64,000 nucleotides of DNA from Pseudomonadota bacterium (GCA_016702545.1 JADJDT010000015.1:69744-133743), one strand, 5' to 3'; positions 28,201 to 37,698 are shown, numbered from the stretch's first letter. The notes: generated by a model not told the origin, from the sequence alone. Translations and numbers: made by a program.

Positions 28201-29464
28201 CTGGCCGCGCCACGGCCGGCTCGGGCGTGTCCGGCAGCAGCGGATCAGCGAGCGCGATCTCGACCGCCGAATCCGTCAGCTCGATCGGCTCCAGGTCGCG
28301 CGGCCACTCCGACACGCCCTTCCGCGGCGCCGGCGAGACGACCGCTCGAGGCGCCAGCAGGTGCGAAACGGTCTCGATCTCTTGGGCCGTGAGCTCGGCC
28401 GGTGCACCGGTGGCCGACGCGAACGCGCGCAGCACCGGCTCCACCGCCACCGACTCGACCGCCGCCGACTCGACCGCCACCGACTCCACCGCCGCCGACT
28501 CCACCGCCACCGACTCCACCGCCACCGACTCCACCGCCGCCGACTCCACCGCCGCCGACTCCACCGCGCGCCGATCGTCGGCGCGCCCACCCGCACGGTG
28601 CGCCAGAGGGGGTCGCAGCGGGCCGCGCATCGTCTGCTGGAACGCCAGGTCGTGCGCCGCCGCCCGCCGCGCCGCATCGGGAACGACGGCGGTGGGCACC
28701 GCGTCGAGCGCACCACGCAGGGCGACGGCGTCAGCGCCGTCCACGGGCGCCCCACCGGCGGTCGGCGCCACCAACTCGCGCGTCGGCACCTCGTGCAGGC
28801 CGCTGACCGGGCGGTAGGCGCCGCGCCGATACAGGCCCGTCAGTTGCTCGTTGGAGGTGACCTCTTGCGTCGCGATCTCGAGCGTAGCGACGGGCAGCGC
28901 CGCCACCGCCTGTAGGCGCAGCGCCCTGAGCAACTGATCGAGTTCCTCGCAGGGCGCGGACACCGGCTGGCGCCACCCCACCTCGGCTGTCGGCGCGGCC
29001 CCCGACGCGACCGGGGCCGCGGCGTCGTCGAAGCTCGCGTCAGCGCCGTCCGGCTCGTTCGTCACCCGCGCCCCAGCGCCGCGCCGCGCGCCGCGCGCCG
29101 CTGCGCGCTGGACGGCCAACTGCTGGAGCAGGTGCTCCAGCGGCTGCACCGCCGCGCCGAGAGCGCGGGCGCGCAGCAGGGCCTGCTCGGCCCGCGCCAC
29201 CGACCCCAAGAGCAGCAGAGCCTCGGCGCGCAGCAGCTCGGCGAGCGGATGGTCGGCCTCGAAGGCCTGCACCGCATCGACCTGCGCTAGCGCCTCGTCG
29301 TACTGCCCCGCGGCCAGCAGCGCCAGCGCCAGCAGCAGGCGCCCCTCGACGCACTGAGGATCACCGAGCAGACCGTGGCGACAGCAGCGGATCGCCTGGG
29401 CCGCGCGCCGCAGCCCCAGCAGACGCCCGGCCTCCACGATGAAGCCCGGCGCGCTCCCACTCAT
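25292..29464 (-). CDS. very large TPR-repeat protein with a central TM helix and low-complexity region
   Basis: ATG at 29464, with an ATGA overlap onto the upstream lipoprotein gene. About 1390 aa. Many TPR-like units occupy the C-terminal two thirds. TM helix WALVLIGCIAVVTLALLVGFLV. Confidence 0.7.
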   Translation of the reverse strand: MSGSAPGFIVEAGRLLGLRRAAQAIRCCRHGLLGDPQCVEGRLLLALALLAAGQYDEALAQVDAVQAFEADHPLAELLRAEALLLLGSVARAEQALLRARALGAAVQPLEHLLQQLAVQRAAARGARRGAGARVTNEPDGADASFDDAAAPVASGAAPTAEVGWRQPVSAPCEELDQLLRALRLQAVAALPVATLEIATQEVTSNEQLTGLYRRGAYRPVSGLHEVPTRELVAPTAGGAPVDGADAVALRGALDAVPTAVVPDAARRAAAHDLAFQQTMRGPLRPPLAHRAGGRADDRRAVESAAVESAAVESVAVESVAVESAAVESVAVESAAVESVAVEPVLRAFASATGAPAELTAQEIETVSHLLAPRAVVSPAPRKGVSEWPRDLEPIELTDSAVEIALADPLLPDTPEPAVARPAEPVGVPVEQRAPPERRATGLTTSAPVALQEAEISLVLPAPAAWTAPLEEADQAGPQSHTSALSAGGAVGARGAVATWDPLANAAPQPTEALERSQLLARAEGPSGARSAQRAGSSSAASVAARDESAGPRSQDDSRPSARSWGSRSAEASAGGSQAPSSLGRSVPRRRFRAPSAAFGRRPRTGWWTLIAGDRSAQRWALVLIGCIAVVTLALLVGFLVRGYRLRQLSALRLEAARLRVERGNLADYTASAQLLGATGGAGSGGAAVQHLHARLVAAIPIEFGDRWGAAPAPIADGAWEDDEEAAAAVYLRLVGGQLDQAEALAARALRSFPESALLLYLRGRLALLRGEPERAQQWLMQATQRAPRAVLFAAALGEALRGRAEPSLALQQYQRALQLNRVHVASALGRARCLLELERLADAGRQLQQVLHGELRAEAARGQQAWAFLLLGNLHRVARDPDEARRDLQQARSLAPATDPVFLEELAWALMAVDRVGEAETAAAAAAALMPGRPRAALLSATVLLREGRLQEAWEQAQRASTLAEAALVRAEVEFRLGRVEQAARELQSWPVVASSPAGQLLAARVAAARGESEDALAAARELAASQPDQVEALTVVGGLLLAEGRLGEARRALEQALRHDADALEPRLALVQVMLGEHALTAARDELVRLVGAYPWSTIATKRLAELDLGRHDLLAARKATEALLQRVPHDDEAQLLLVRVRVAGYELEAAEQQLLKIDRGVAGQRDLATGRLALAADDGRRAVGHLLAAVRALPHDRSAWSLLVQAYLAVDRPDRARQAWQSMLRRFPRAWQTYETQGRLELSAARPHAAVLALRQAIALAADQVRYPAEQAATEVLLGVALQDGGDLRQALEALTRAETACPLCPEPPFRRGLALQELRRQPEAVGALVRAVRLSPRMPQVYYALGKLYQSLERRTEALRMYRQYLELNPPEELADDVRRAMAELQR
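28441..28567 (-). repeat. in-frame 15-bp tandem repeat (8.5 units) encoding an AVES(A/V) pentapeptide array
   Basis: Direct reading of CCACCGCC(A/G)CCGACT units. The translation gives AVESAAVESAAVESVAVESV.... Confidence 0.9.
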
Positions 29465-29910
29465 GGCAGGGCCAGCACCGGCAACGGAACCCCACCGATC
29501 ACGCGCTGCTCGACCAGCTGCCAGCCGTCGGCGCCATCGACCCAGCGCTGGGCGACCAGCGTCGCGCCCAGCGAGCCGCTGCGCAGTGCGTACCACTCGA
29601 CCTGCACCAGGGCGCGCGCCGTCCCCGCGCCGAGCACCTCCACGCGGGTCAGAGTCACCTCGACGATGCGCAGCTCGCGCCAGGCCGCACCCCGCGCCAA
29701 CAAGCGCTGGCGCGGCCTTTCACCGAGATAGGAGGCCAGCCCGCCGAGGTCGCCCCAGCGCAGCGCGTGCTGATAGGCCTCGACGGCGTCCTCGAGCAAG
29801 GCGCGCCGATCGCCCGCACAGGCGGCCAGCAGCGCGGCCAGCAACGCGCCGCAGCGGACGACCCCCAAGGGCCCCCTGCGCGACCCGACACGCCGCTCAG
29901 CGCCCCCCAT
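29461..29910 (-). CDS. hypothetical lipoprotein
   Basis: 149 aa with lipobox-like LLAAC. Translationally coupled to the TPR gene. Confidence 0.55.
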   Translation of the reverse strand: MGGAERRVGSRRGPLGVVRCGALLAALLAACAGDRRALLEDAVEAYQHALRWGDLGGLASYLGERPRQRLLARGAAWRELRIVEVTLTRVEVLGAGTARALVQVEWYALRSGSLGATLVAQRWVDGADGWQLVEQRVIGGVPLPVLALP

Positions 29911-31453
29911 CGCCCTTCCTCGCGTTCCCCGCCGTCATGGGCGGTGGCCCTTGCGGCCTCCCTCCACGCAGCAGCTGAACGTCTTGCCGACCGAGCTCCC
30001 CGAGCACGACGAGCGCCACACCGTAGGTCAACAGCACCAACCCGCATTCGATCAGGGTCAAGAACCGCGACCGCTCGGGCAACCACGCGCCGACGACGGC
30101 CGCCAGTCCCCAGGCCACGACCACGCGCCACACGGTGCCCCAGGGCAGCGCGGCACCAAGCGTGCGCCGGAGCAGCAGCGTCGCGATCCCGAGGCCCGCC
30201 AACATCGCCAGCGCCGTGGCCGCCGCCGCCACCTCCAAGGCCGTGCTCGGCGAGGCCGACCGCGGCACTGCGAACGCGTTCGCGGCCACCAGCAGCAGCA
30301 GGGTGGCCAGCGTCGTGACGATTACGGCACGCGTGTGCCCCGCGCCGTTCAGAATCGTGTTGCTGACCGTCAAGAGCGAAAAGCACACCATCCCCGCCGC
30401 CAACCACCGCAGCGCCGGCCCGCCGGCGCGATAGATCGCAGGGTAGAGCACCGTGATCACCGCCTCCGGGTTGGCCATCAAGACCGCCGCCAGGCCGGCG
30501 ACGAAGATCAGCGACAAGCGCAGCGTGCGGTGGATATAGAGGCGAGTGGCGGCATGGTCGGCGGCGAAGGTCGAGCGCGAGACCAAGGGGAAGACGACGA
30601 AGGTCACCGCGAGGATCAGCTGGTAGGGGATGAAGGCCAACGACTGCGCCGTGCCGTAGTACCCCGCGGCCGCCGAGGCGGCGGCCATCGCGGCCGCGGT
30701 GTCGAGCGTGCGCGCGGCGAGAGCGGTGGCGAAGCGCTTCAGCAGCAGCAGGTCGGCGCGCATCACCAGGTTCAGCGCCAAAGTCGACGCGAAGAGCTCG
30801 AGCATCAGCCGCCACAGCCGACCGCTCGCTAGCGCCTCGCCGTCTCGCACCGGCCAGCCAACACGCCACAGCGCCGCGACCAGGATCAGGGCTGCCGCTC
30901 CCACGAACCCGCCCACCGCCCCCGCTACGCCCCACCCTACCCCGGCTCCGCCGATGATCAACAGCGCCCGCAGGGTGGCGAAGCTCGCGTCGAAGGCGGC
31001 CTGCTCGCGGAAGCGGCGCAGGCCGTTGAGGGAGCCGATGAAGACCGCGTAGAAGGCGTAGCAGACGATGATCCCCGCCGCGAGCGCGTACCAGCGCGCG
31101 AGGCGAGGATCCCGTTCCCAGGCGGCAATCCACGGCGCCGCCGCCGCGAAGAGCGCCGCTGCTCCGCCGCCCAGCACCACCTGCACGCGTAGCGCCGCGC
31201 GCTGGACCGCAGCGGCGCTCACGTCGCCCTGCGCCGTGAACTTGCTGACGCCCTGGATCGTCGCGGTGACGATCACGTTGTTGACCACGGAGACCAGTCC
31301 GATCACCAGCAGATACTCGCCCCAGGCCACCGGCGAGCCCAGCAGCCGCGGCAGCGCGAAGTAGATCGCGTAGCCCGCGATGATGAAGTAGATTTTGGCC
31401 AGGCCGATGTAGACCACACCGCGACCGGCGCTGACGGCTGAAGCATCGCTCAT
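29897..31453 (-). CDS. polysaccharide biosynthesis / oligosaccharide flippase family protein (MOP superfamily)
   Basis: 518 aa with about 14 hydrophobic segments. The N-terminus is typical of Wzx/MurJ-like flippases. Confidence 0.65.
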   Translation of the reverse strand: MSDASAVSAGRGVVYIGLAKIYFIIAGYAIYFALPRLLGSPVAWGEYLLVIGLVSVVNNVIVTATIQGVSKFTAQGDVSAAAVQRAALRVQVVLGGGAAALFAAAAPWIAAWERDPRLARWYALAAGIIVCYAFYAVFIGSLNGLRRFREQAAFDASFATLRALLIIGGAGVGWGVAGAVGGFVGAAALILVAALWRVGWPVRDGEALASGRLWRLMLELFASTLALNLVMRADLLLLKRFATALAARTLDTAAAMAAASAAAGYYGTAQSLAFIPYQLILAVTFVVFPLVSRSTFAADHAATRLYIHRTLRLSLIFVAGLAAVLMANPEAVITVLYPAIYRAGGPALRWLAAGMVCFSLLTVSNTILNGAGHTRAVIVTTLATLLLLVAANAFAVPRSASPSTALEVAAAATALAMLAGLGIATLLLRRTLGAALPWGTVWRVVVAWGLAAVVGAWLPERSRFLTLIECGLVLLTYGVALVVLGELGRQDVQLLRGGRPQGPPPMTAGNARKGDGGR

Positions 31454-31479
31454 GGCTTGGTTCCTGTGGGCGAATGCAT

Positions 31480-31646
31480 CTAAGTACAGCGTACCGGAAG
31501 GAAGTGACCACCTCGCTCGTTCTGGACGCCGATGGGCAGCGTTGCGCCTCCTGGAAATACCACGAGTATTTCGGCGTCGGCGCGCCTTGCCATCGGCGCC
31601 CAGCCCTTCGCGGGCTGATCACTTTCTTTCGGTACGCTGTACTAAG
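31480..31646 (-). repeat. palindromic intergenic element, divergent copy (in a divergent promoter region)
   Basis: ~30-nt arms CTAAGTACAGCGTACCGGAAGGAAGTGACC ... GATCACTTTCTTTCGGTACGCTGTACTAAG with 4 mismatches. The interior retains GCGTTGCG and CGCGCCTTGC blocks and a central hairpin, GAAATAC-CACGA-GTATTTC. Confidence 0.7.
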
Positions 31647-31725
31647 CTGCCGGCGCTGGCCGCGTCAATCGCGCCGCGCGGGCGCCCCAGCGCGCGCCCC
31701 GGGCGGCTCCACGGGAGCCTCGTTC

Positions 31726-32256
31726 ATGGACCTCCACCTCGAGCACACCTTCGCGGCTGCACCCCAGCGCTTCTGGTCGGTCGTCCTGCTCGACCCGGAG
31801 TACCAGGACGCGCTCTACCGGCAGCTGCGGTTGCACATCGAGCATTGCGTGATTGAGCACGAGGGCAGCGGCGACGAGCTGCGCGTGCGCCGCGAGCTCC
31901 ACCTCACGCCGGACCGAGAGCTGCCCGCGGCCCTGCGCAAGCTGGTGCGAGGCACCGCCCTGGTCAAGGAGCGCGCGCTCTTCGATGCCCGTGCCGGAAA
32001 GATGACGATCGAGATCGAGCTGCCTGTGATTGGCGCCTGGGTCGATTTCCACGGCGTCTACACCTGGCGCGAGCAGGGTCCGGCGCAGCTGCAGCGCAAC
32101 TGGGAGGCGCACTGCCACGCCCGCCTGCCCCTGATCGGCCGCCAGATCGAGACCTACCTGCTCGCCGAGATGGCCAGCAGCTTCGAGCAGGCCTATCGCT
32201 TCACCTGCGACTGGCTCGCGCGGCCGCCCAGCGCTGCCAGCGCCGTGCCCGCGTGA
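31726..32256 (+). CDS. SRPBCC/DUF2505-like hypothetical protein
   Basis: ATG at 31726 (MDLHLEHTFAAAPQRFWSVVLDPEY-like N-terminus), 176 aa. The family call rests on general resemblance only. Confidence 0.45.
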   Translation: MDLHLEHTFAAAPQRFWSVVLLDPEYQDALYRQLRLHIEHCVIEHEGSGDELRVRRELHLTPDRELPAALRKLVRGTALVKERALFDARAGKMTIEIELPVIGAWVDFHGVYTWREQGPAQLQRNWEAHCHARLPLIGRQIETYLLAEMASSFEQAYRFTCDWLARPPSAASAVPA

Positions 32257-33800
32257 GGCCGCCAGCCGCGCTGCGCCCCGCGCTCGCCCCCGCTACGCTG
32301 GTCGCGATCTTCTTCGGCCTCTACTGGCTGACGCTCTGCCCGACGGTCTTCTGGTACGACAGCGCGGAGTACGCCGCGACGGCGCGCACGCTCGGCATCG
32401 CCCACCCGCCAGGCTACCCGCTCTACACGCTGATCGGTCGGCTCTTCACCCTGCTGCCGCTGACCCCCGCCTATGCGGTCAATTTGATGAGCGCAGTCTT
32501 CGGCGCGCTGGCCGTGGGCCTGGCGTACGCCGTGACCCGCGCCCTCGGCGCGCGCCCGCTGGCCGCGGCCATCGGCGGGGCGACGCTGGGCGCTGGCTCG
32601 CTCTTCTGGTTCCAGGCGGTGATCGCCGAGGTCTACACGCCGGGGATCAGCGCGCTCTTGCTCGTGCTCTGGTTGCTCTTGCGCGGAGATGTGCGCGATC
32701 GCGACCGCTGGCTGGTCGCAGCCGCGCTCCTCGCCGGGCTGGCGCTCGGCCTGCACCTCTTCATCGCCACCTGTGGGCTCGGCTTCGCCCTGCTCGTCTG
32801 GGGCGCCGGTCTGCCGATCGCCCAGCCACGCGATCTCCGCCTACTATGGCTGCGCCGCGGCAGCGCGCGGCGGCTGGCCCGGGCCCTGCTCTGCCTGCTC
32901 GCCACCGCCCTCGGCAGCACGATCTTCCTCTACCTGCGCTGGCGCGCGGCGATGCAGCCGTTGATCAACTTCGAAGATCCGTCGTCGTCGTGGGAGCGCT
33001 TCTGGTGGTTCGTCACGGGCGGCAACTACAAGCACTGGTTCCTCGAGCACTACGCCCTCGGCCAGCGGGCGCTGCGCGTGCTCGCGGTGTTCTACGATCA
33101 GCTCCTCGTCGTGGGCACGCTGCTGGCGCTGGTCGGGCTGATCGCCCTCTGGCGCGGGCGCGCCCTGATCGGCCTGGCGCTGACGCTGATGATCGCCGGC
33201 AACGTCTATTTCTTCTTCGACTACCGGGTGCACGACGTCGAGGTGTTCTTCCTGCCCGCGATCGCCGTGCTCTGCTGTCTGGTCGGCGTCGGGGTCGAGA
33301 GCGCGCTGGCAGCGCTCGAGCGCCTGACGGAGGGCTCGCCCCGGGCTCGCGTGGTGCGCCGTGGGGCGGCGCTGGTGCTCGCGCTCTTCCCCGCGTCGGT
33401 GGCGGCCGCCAGCTACGGCAAGGTCGATTTGCACGACTACACGGCGGCGCGCGACTACGGGGAGCGCATGGCGCGCGAGCTGCCGCCCGGCGCGGTGATC
33501 GTCAACTACACCACGCCTCCCGAGTGGAAGAACGACGCCGTGTTCGCGCTCTACTACCAGCGCGTCCTCGGCCGCCGCCCGGACATCGCCGTGCGCACGC
33601 GGATGGAGCGCCGCGACGTAATCGAGCTGCTGGCGCGCGGCACCCCGGTCTTTCTCTACTATCCGGTACCGCGCCTCGTGCGCGAGTTCGAGGTCGAGCG
33701 CGCCGGGCCCGCCTATCGCGTCGTCCGCCTGCGCGATCGACCCCTCGTGCCACCGCCCGGCATGGCCCCACCGGTCGACCCCCAGGCAGACGACGACTGA
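32253..33800 (+). CDS. DUF2723 / glycosyltransferase-C-fold membrane protein (TMEM260/PMT-like)
   Basis: VFWYDSAEYAATARTLGIAHPPGYPLY motif and a polytopic N-terminal half. 4-nt overlap with the upstream gene. Confidence 0.7.
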   Translation: MRPPAALRPALAPATLVAIFFGLYWLTLCPTVFWYDSAEYAATARTLGIAHPPGYPLYTLIGRLFTLLPLTPAYAVNLMSAVFGALAVGLAYAVTRALGARPLAAAIGGATLGAGSLFWFQAVIAEVYTPGISALLLVLWLLLRGDVRDRDRWLVAAALLAGLALGLHLFIATCGLGFALLVWGAGLPIAQPRDLRLLWLRRGSARRLARALLCLLATALGSTIFLYLRWRAAMQPLINFEDPSSSWERFWWFVTGGNYKHWFLEHYALGQRALRVLAVFYDQLLVVGTLLALVGLIALWRGRALIGLALTLMIAGNVYFFFDYRVHDVEVFFLPAIAVLCCLVGVGVESALAALERLTEGSPRARVVRRGAALVLALFPASVAAASYGKVDLHDYTAARDYGERMARELPPGAVIVNYTTPPEWKNDAVFALYYQRVLGRRPDIAVRTRMERRDVIELLARGTPVFLYYPVPRLVREFEVERAGPAYRVVRLRDRPLVPPPGMAPPVDPQADDD

Positions 33801-33813
33801 GCCCTTCGGTGCG

Positions 33814-33960
33814 CTAGATGTGCTCGGCCGAAGTTGTGAGCCGTTCGAGCGCAAGGCGCGGCGAGCACCGGAGCGGAGCGTACGGGCTGGTACGTGAGCA
33901 CCGGAGCGCAGCCGTAACGCAGCGATCGGGCGGATCACGACTTCCGCCGAGCACATCTAG
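33814..33960 (+). repeat. palindromic intergenic element, copy 3
   Basis: Arms CTAGATGTGCTCGGCCGAAGT ... ACTTCCGCCGAGCACATCTAG with 1 mismatch. The core is conserved. The right arm contains the dusA TAG stop (33957-33959). Confidence 0.9.
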
Positions 33961-34955
33961 GTCTCGTCCAGCACCGCTGCCGGCAGCGCCAGCAGCAGCG
34001 CGCGCAGCCGCTCCGTCGCCGTGGCGCCATCGCTGGCGCTGAGCGCGGTACGCCAGCGGCGCGCGCCCGGCCGACCCGTCAGCAGTCCCAGCAGGTGCCG
34101 CGTGACCCGCGTGCCCGGCTGACCGGACTGCTCCAGCGCGGCCACATAGGGCAGCAGGGCCTCGATCACCGCGCGGCGCGTCGGCACGGGGTCGGTGCCG
34201 GCGAAGAACAGCCGATCGGCGCGCGCCAGCAGGTAGGGATCGTCGTAGGCGGCGCGGCCGATCATCGCGCCGTCGACGTGCGCCAGCTGCGACTGCGCCT
34301 CGGCGAGGGTGCGGAGGCCGCCGTTGAGTACGATGCAAAGCCGCGGGAAGTCGCGTTTGAGCTGATAGACCACGTCGTAGCGCAGCGGTGGCACGGTGCG
34401 ATTGGCCTTCGGGCTGAGCCCGTCGAGCAGTGCCAGCCGCGCGTGGACGTCGAAGCGCGCGCAGCCGGCCTCGGCCACAGTCGCCACGAAGCGCGTCAGC
34501 GCGTCGTAGCCCTCGTGCCCACTGATGCCGATGCGGTGCTTGACGGTCACCGGCACGCCGACGGCGCCCCGCAGCGCCGCCACGCACTCGGCGACGAGCG
34601 CGGGCTCGGCCATCAAGCAGGCGCCGAAACGGCCCTGCTGCACCCGCTCGCTCGGGCAGCCGACGTTGAGGTTGATCTCGTCGTAGCCTAGCGCCGCTCC
34701 CAGGCGCGCCGCCGCGGCGAGCTCGGCGGGCCGGTCGCCGCCGAGCTGGAGCACCAGTGGACCTTCGATCGCGCTGAAGCCCAGCAGCCGCTCGACGTCG
34801 CCGTGAAGCACGGCTCGGGCCGTCACCATTTCACTGTAGAGCAGCGTGCGGCGCGTGATCTGCCGCAGCACGTAGCGAAAGTGCCGATCGGTGCGATCCA
34901 TCATCGGCGCCACGCTCAGCCGGTACGGCGGCGGCGCGGCGCTCGACAACGACAC
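33957..34955 (-). CDS. dusA: tRNA dihydrouridine synthase DusA
   Basis: LSVAPMMDRTDRHFRY, NLNVGCPS and VTVKHRIG motifs. The GTG at 34955, directly after the upstream stop codon, is taken as the start (uncertain). Confidence 0.85.
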   Translation of the reverse strand: MSLSSAAPPPYRLSVAPMMDRTDRHFRYVLRQITRRTLLYSEMVTARAVLHGDVERLLGFSAIEGPLVLQLGGDRPAELAAAARLGAALGYDEINLNVGCPSERVQQGRFGACLMAEPALVAECVAALRGAVGVPVTVKHRIGISGHEGYDALTRFVATVAEAGCARFDVHARLALLDGLSPKANRTVPPLRYDVVYQLKRDFPRLCIVLNGGLRTLAEAQSQLAHVDGAMIGRAAYDDPYLLARADRLFFAGTDPVPTRRAVIEALLPYVAALEQSGQPGTRVTRHLLGLLTGRPGARRWRTALSASDGATATERLRALLLALPAAVLDET

Positions 34956-34957
34956 GC

Positions 34958-36334
34958 TCAACGGCGCGCCTCCCGCTCGAAGGGCTGCCGTTGGCCCAGC
35001 TCGTGAGCCAGCGCGATGCGCGCCAGGTCGCGCGCATCGCGGCTGCGCGTGAGGTCGATGCGCGCCTCGAGCCGTCGCTGCGTCGCGTCGAGCAGATCGA
35101 GCTGCGTCGCGGTGCCGGCCTCGTAGCGCGACGCCATCTCGTCGACGATCACGGCCGCCAGCGCGGCCGCCTTGTCGGCGCTGATCAGTCCCGCCTCGGC
35201 CGAGAGCAGGTCGGCGCGCAACTGCACCACCGTCTCGGCGATGCCGCGCGCCAGCTCGGCGCGAGCCGCCTGACCCTCGGCGATGCGCGCCTCGGCGCTG
35301 CGCCGATTGGCGTAGCGCAGACCGCCCTCGTAGAGCGGCAGCCCGAGCGTAGCGACGATGGCCAGCGTATCGCGGCGATCGGCAAAGCCGGCCACGTTCT
35401 GCCAGCGGTAGAGCAGGCTGAGATCGAGGGTCGGGAAGAACGACCACGTTACCGCCTTGCGCGCCTGCTCCGCCGCCGCGATGTCCAGGCGCAGGGCCGC
35501 GACGTCGGCGCGCCGATTGAGCGCCGTCCGCAGCATCGCGGACTCGTCGGCGGGCACGGCCGCCGGCTCGGGCGGGCGACGCAGCGCGATCGGCTCGTTC
35601 AGACCGATCAAGATCGCCAGGCGACGCTGCGCTGCCAGCAATGCGTTGCGCTGTCGGCGCAGCGCCTGCTCATCCTGCACCAGCACCAGCTCCGCGCGTA
35701 CCACGTCCGAACGCAGCACCCGTCCGACCTCGAGCCTGGCGCGCACGACCGCGAGGTTCTGCTGATCGACGCCCACCTTCTCCTCCAGCGCCGTGGCCAC
35801 CTCGCTCGCGCCGAGCCCGGCGTAGTAGGCCTCGGCCACGCGCAACAGGTAGTCCTGGCGCCGGCGCACGACGCGCAGCTCCGCCGCGGCGACGCCCTTG
35901 CGCGCGACCCCGAGCTGCTGGTAGGCGGGACCGCGAAAGAGCGGCACGCCGGCCTGCAACGCGAGGCCGAGCTGATGGCGGCGCTGAATCACGATCGGAT
36001 CGCTGGCGGGCGACCCCGCCGGGGCGAAGGCGCCGAGGTCGAAGGACACCACCGGATCATTCAGCGTGTAGCTGCCGCTCAGGTTCACGGTGGGCTTGAG
36101 CTGCGACCAGGCGCGGCCCACCTCGGCGGTGGCGCCGCGCACCCGCGCCTGCATCTGCTCCAGCGTCGGATTGTCGCGCTGCGCCAGCCCGTAGGCCTCC
36201 TCCAGCGTGACGAGACGCGCACCCACGGGCGTCCCGAGCGCCGCGTCGGCACCGGCCCTCGCCGACGCCGCCAGCGCCAGCAGCGCCACCAGCAGCGGCA
36301 CCCTCACGGCGCCCTCGATCGATCGTCTGCGCAT
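34958..36334 (-). CDS. TolC-family outer membrane efflux protein
   Basis: ATG at 36334, preceded by GGAGGA. Signal peptide, and a duplicated coiled-coil/beta-barrel repeat pattern typical of outer membrane factor (OMF) proteins. Confidence 0.8.
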   Translation of the reverse strand: MRRRSIEGAVRVPLLVALLALAASARAGADAALGTPVGARLVTLEEAYGLAQRDNPTLEQMQARVRGATAEVGRAWSQLKPTVNLSGSYTLNDPVVSFDLGAFAPAGSPASDPIVIQRRHQLGLALQAGVPLFRGPAYQQLGVARKGVAAAELRVVRRRQDYLLRVAEAYYAGLGASEVATALEEKVGVDQQNLAVVRARLEVGRVLRSDVVRAELVLVQDEQALRRQRNALLAAQRRLAILIGLNEPIALRRPPEPAAVPADESAMLRTALNRRADVAALRLDIAAAEQARKAVTWSFFPTLDLSLLYRWQNVAGFADRRDTLAIVATLGLPLYEGGLRYANRRSAEARIAEGQAARAELARGIAETVVQLRADLLSAEAGLISADKAAALAAVIVDEMASRYEAGTATQLDLLDATQRRLEARIDLTRSRDARDLARIALAHELGQRQPFEREARR

Positions 36335-36510
36335 CGCTTCCTCCTCGGTACGCGGCCAAGAAAGCACGCCCGCTGCCGCTGGACAAGCGCTGCCCACGTG
36401 GTATGCAGCGCCGGGGTCACGGATGGCGGCCCCGTCAGGGTCGCGAGCCTCGAGCGGCTCAGGGCCTAGCACCCCTCCGCGGGGTGCGACGCCGAATGAG
36501 AGTAGTTTCC

Positions 36511-37698
36511 ATGCCCATGCGCAAGCGCAGCGTCGTTGCCCTCAGCGTCCTGACCGTGGTGCTCGTGCTGATCTTGCTCGGGGGCACCAAGGCGCTGCAG
36601 ATCCGCCGCATGATCGCCGGCGCCGCCCAGTTCGCGCCGCCGCCCGAGCCGGTCACGGTCGTCGGCTTGCAGCGCCAGTCCTGGGAGTCGGTGTTGAGCT
36701 CGGTCGGCTCGCTGGCGGCCGTACAGGGCGTCACGGTCTCCGCCGAGCTCACGGGCAAGGTCGTGCGGGTGGCCTTCGAGGCGGGGACGCTCGTGCGCGC
36801 GGGCGCGCTGCTGGTGCAGCAGGACGTCGCTTCGGAGACGGCTCAGCTTCGCGCGATCGAGGCACGCCTGGCGCTCGCCGCCAGCAATCTCGACCGCGCC
36901 CGGCGCCTACTGGCCAAACACGCGCTGCCGCCTTCCGAGTACGACCTCGCCGCTGCGCAGGCTAGCCAGGCCCAGGCCGACGCCGACGCCCTGCGGGCGA
37001 CGATCACCAAGAAGACGATTCGCGCGCCCTTCGCGGGGCGCCTCGGCCTGCGCCAGGTCAATCTGGGCCAGGTGATCAACGCCGGTGAGCCGATCGTACT
37101 GCTGCAGTCGATCGACCCCGTCTTCGTCAACTTCCTGGTGCCGCAGCAGCACCTCGCGCAGGTCACCGTCGGCCTCCCGATCCGCATCAGCAGCAACACC
37201 CTGCCCGGCCCGGCGATCGCGGGCACCATCACCGCGATCACCCCGCAGGTCGACGCCAGCACGCGCAGCATCGAGTTGCAGGGGACCGTCGCCAACCCGG
37301 ACGAGCGGCTGCGGCCGGGCATGTTCGTCAATGTCACCGTCGTCCTGCCGCGACAGCTGCCGGTGCTGGCCCTACCTGCCACCGCCGTGCTCTACGCGCC
37401 CTACAGCGACTCGGTCTTCGTCGTCGAGACGGCGCCCCCCGCCAGCGCGGCAGCAGCACCCGGCGCTCCACCGGCCGCGGGATCGGCGCTCGAGACCAAG
37501 GCCGGACTGGTCGTGCGGCAACAGTTCGTGCGCTTGGGCGAGCGGCGCGGGGACTACGTGGCCGTGCTCGACGGCCTGAAGCCCGGCGAGACCGTCGTCA
37601 CCACGGGGGTCTTCAAGCTGCGGAACGGCCAGGCGGTCGTCGTCGACAACACCCTCAGCCCGACCTTCAGCTTGGCGCCCAAGCCCAGCGACAACTAG
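36511..37698 (+). CDS. efflux RND periplasmic adaptor (MFP/HlyD family)
   Basis: ATG at 36511, N-terminal TM helix, hairpin coiled-coil, and the IRAPFAGRLG motif. Confidence 0.85.
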   Translation: MPMRKRSVVALSVLTVVLVLILLGGTKALQIRRMIAGAAQFAPPPEPVTVVGLQRQSWESVLSSVGSLAAVQGVTVSAELTGKVVRVAFEAGTLVRAGALLVQQDVASETAQLRAIEARLALAASNLDRARRLLAKHALPPSEYDLAAAQASQAQADADALRATITKKTIRAPFAGRLGLRQVNLGQVINAGEPIVLLQSIDPVFVNFLVPQQHLAQVTVGLPIRISSNTLPGPAIAGTITAITPQVDASTRSIELQGTVANPDERLRPGMFVNVTVVLPRQLPVLALPATAVLYAPYSDSVFVVETAPPASAAAAPGAPPAAGSALETKAGLVVRQQFVRLGERRGDYVAVLDGLKPGETVVTTGVFKLRNGQAVVVDNTLSPTFSLAPKPSDN

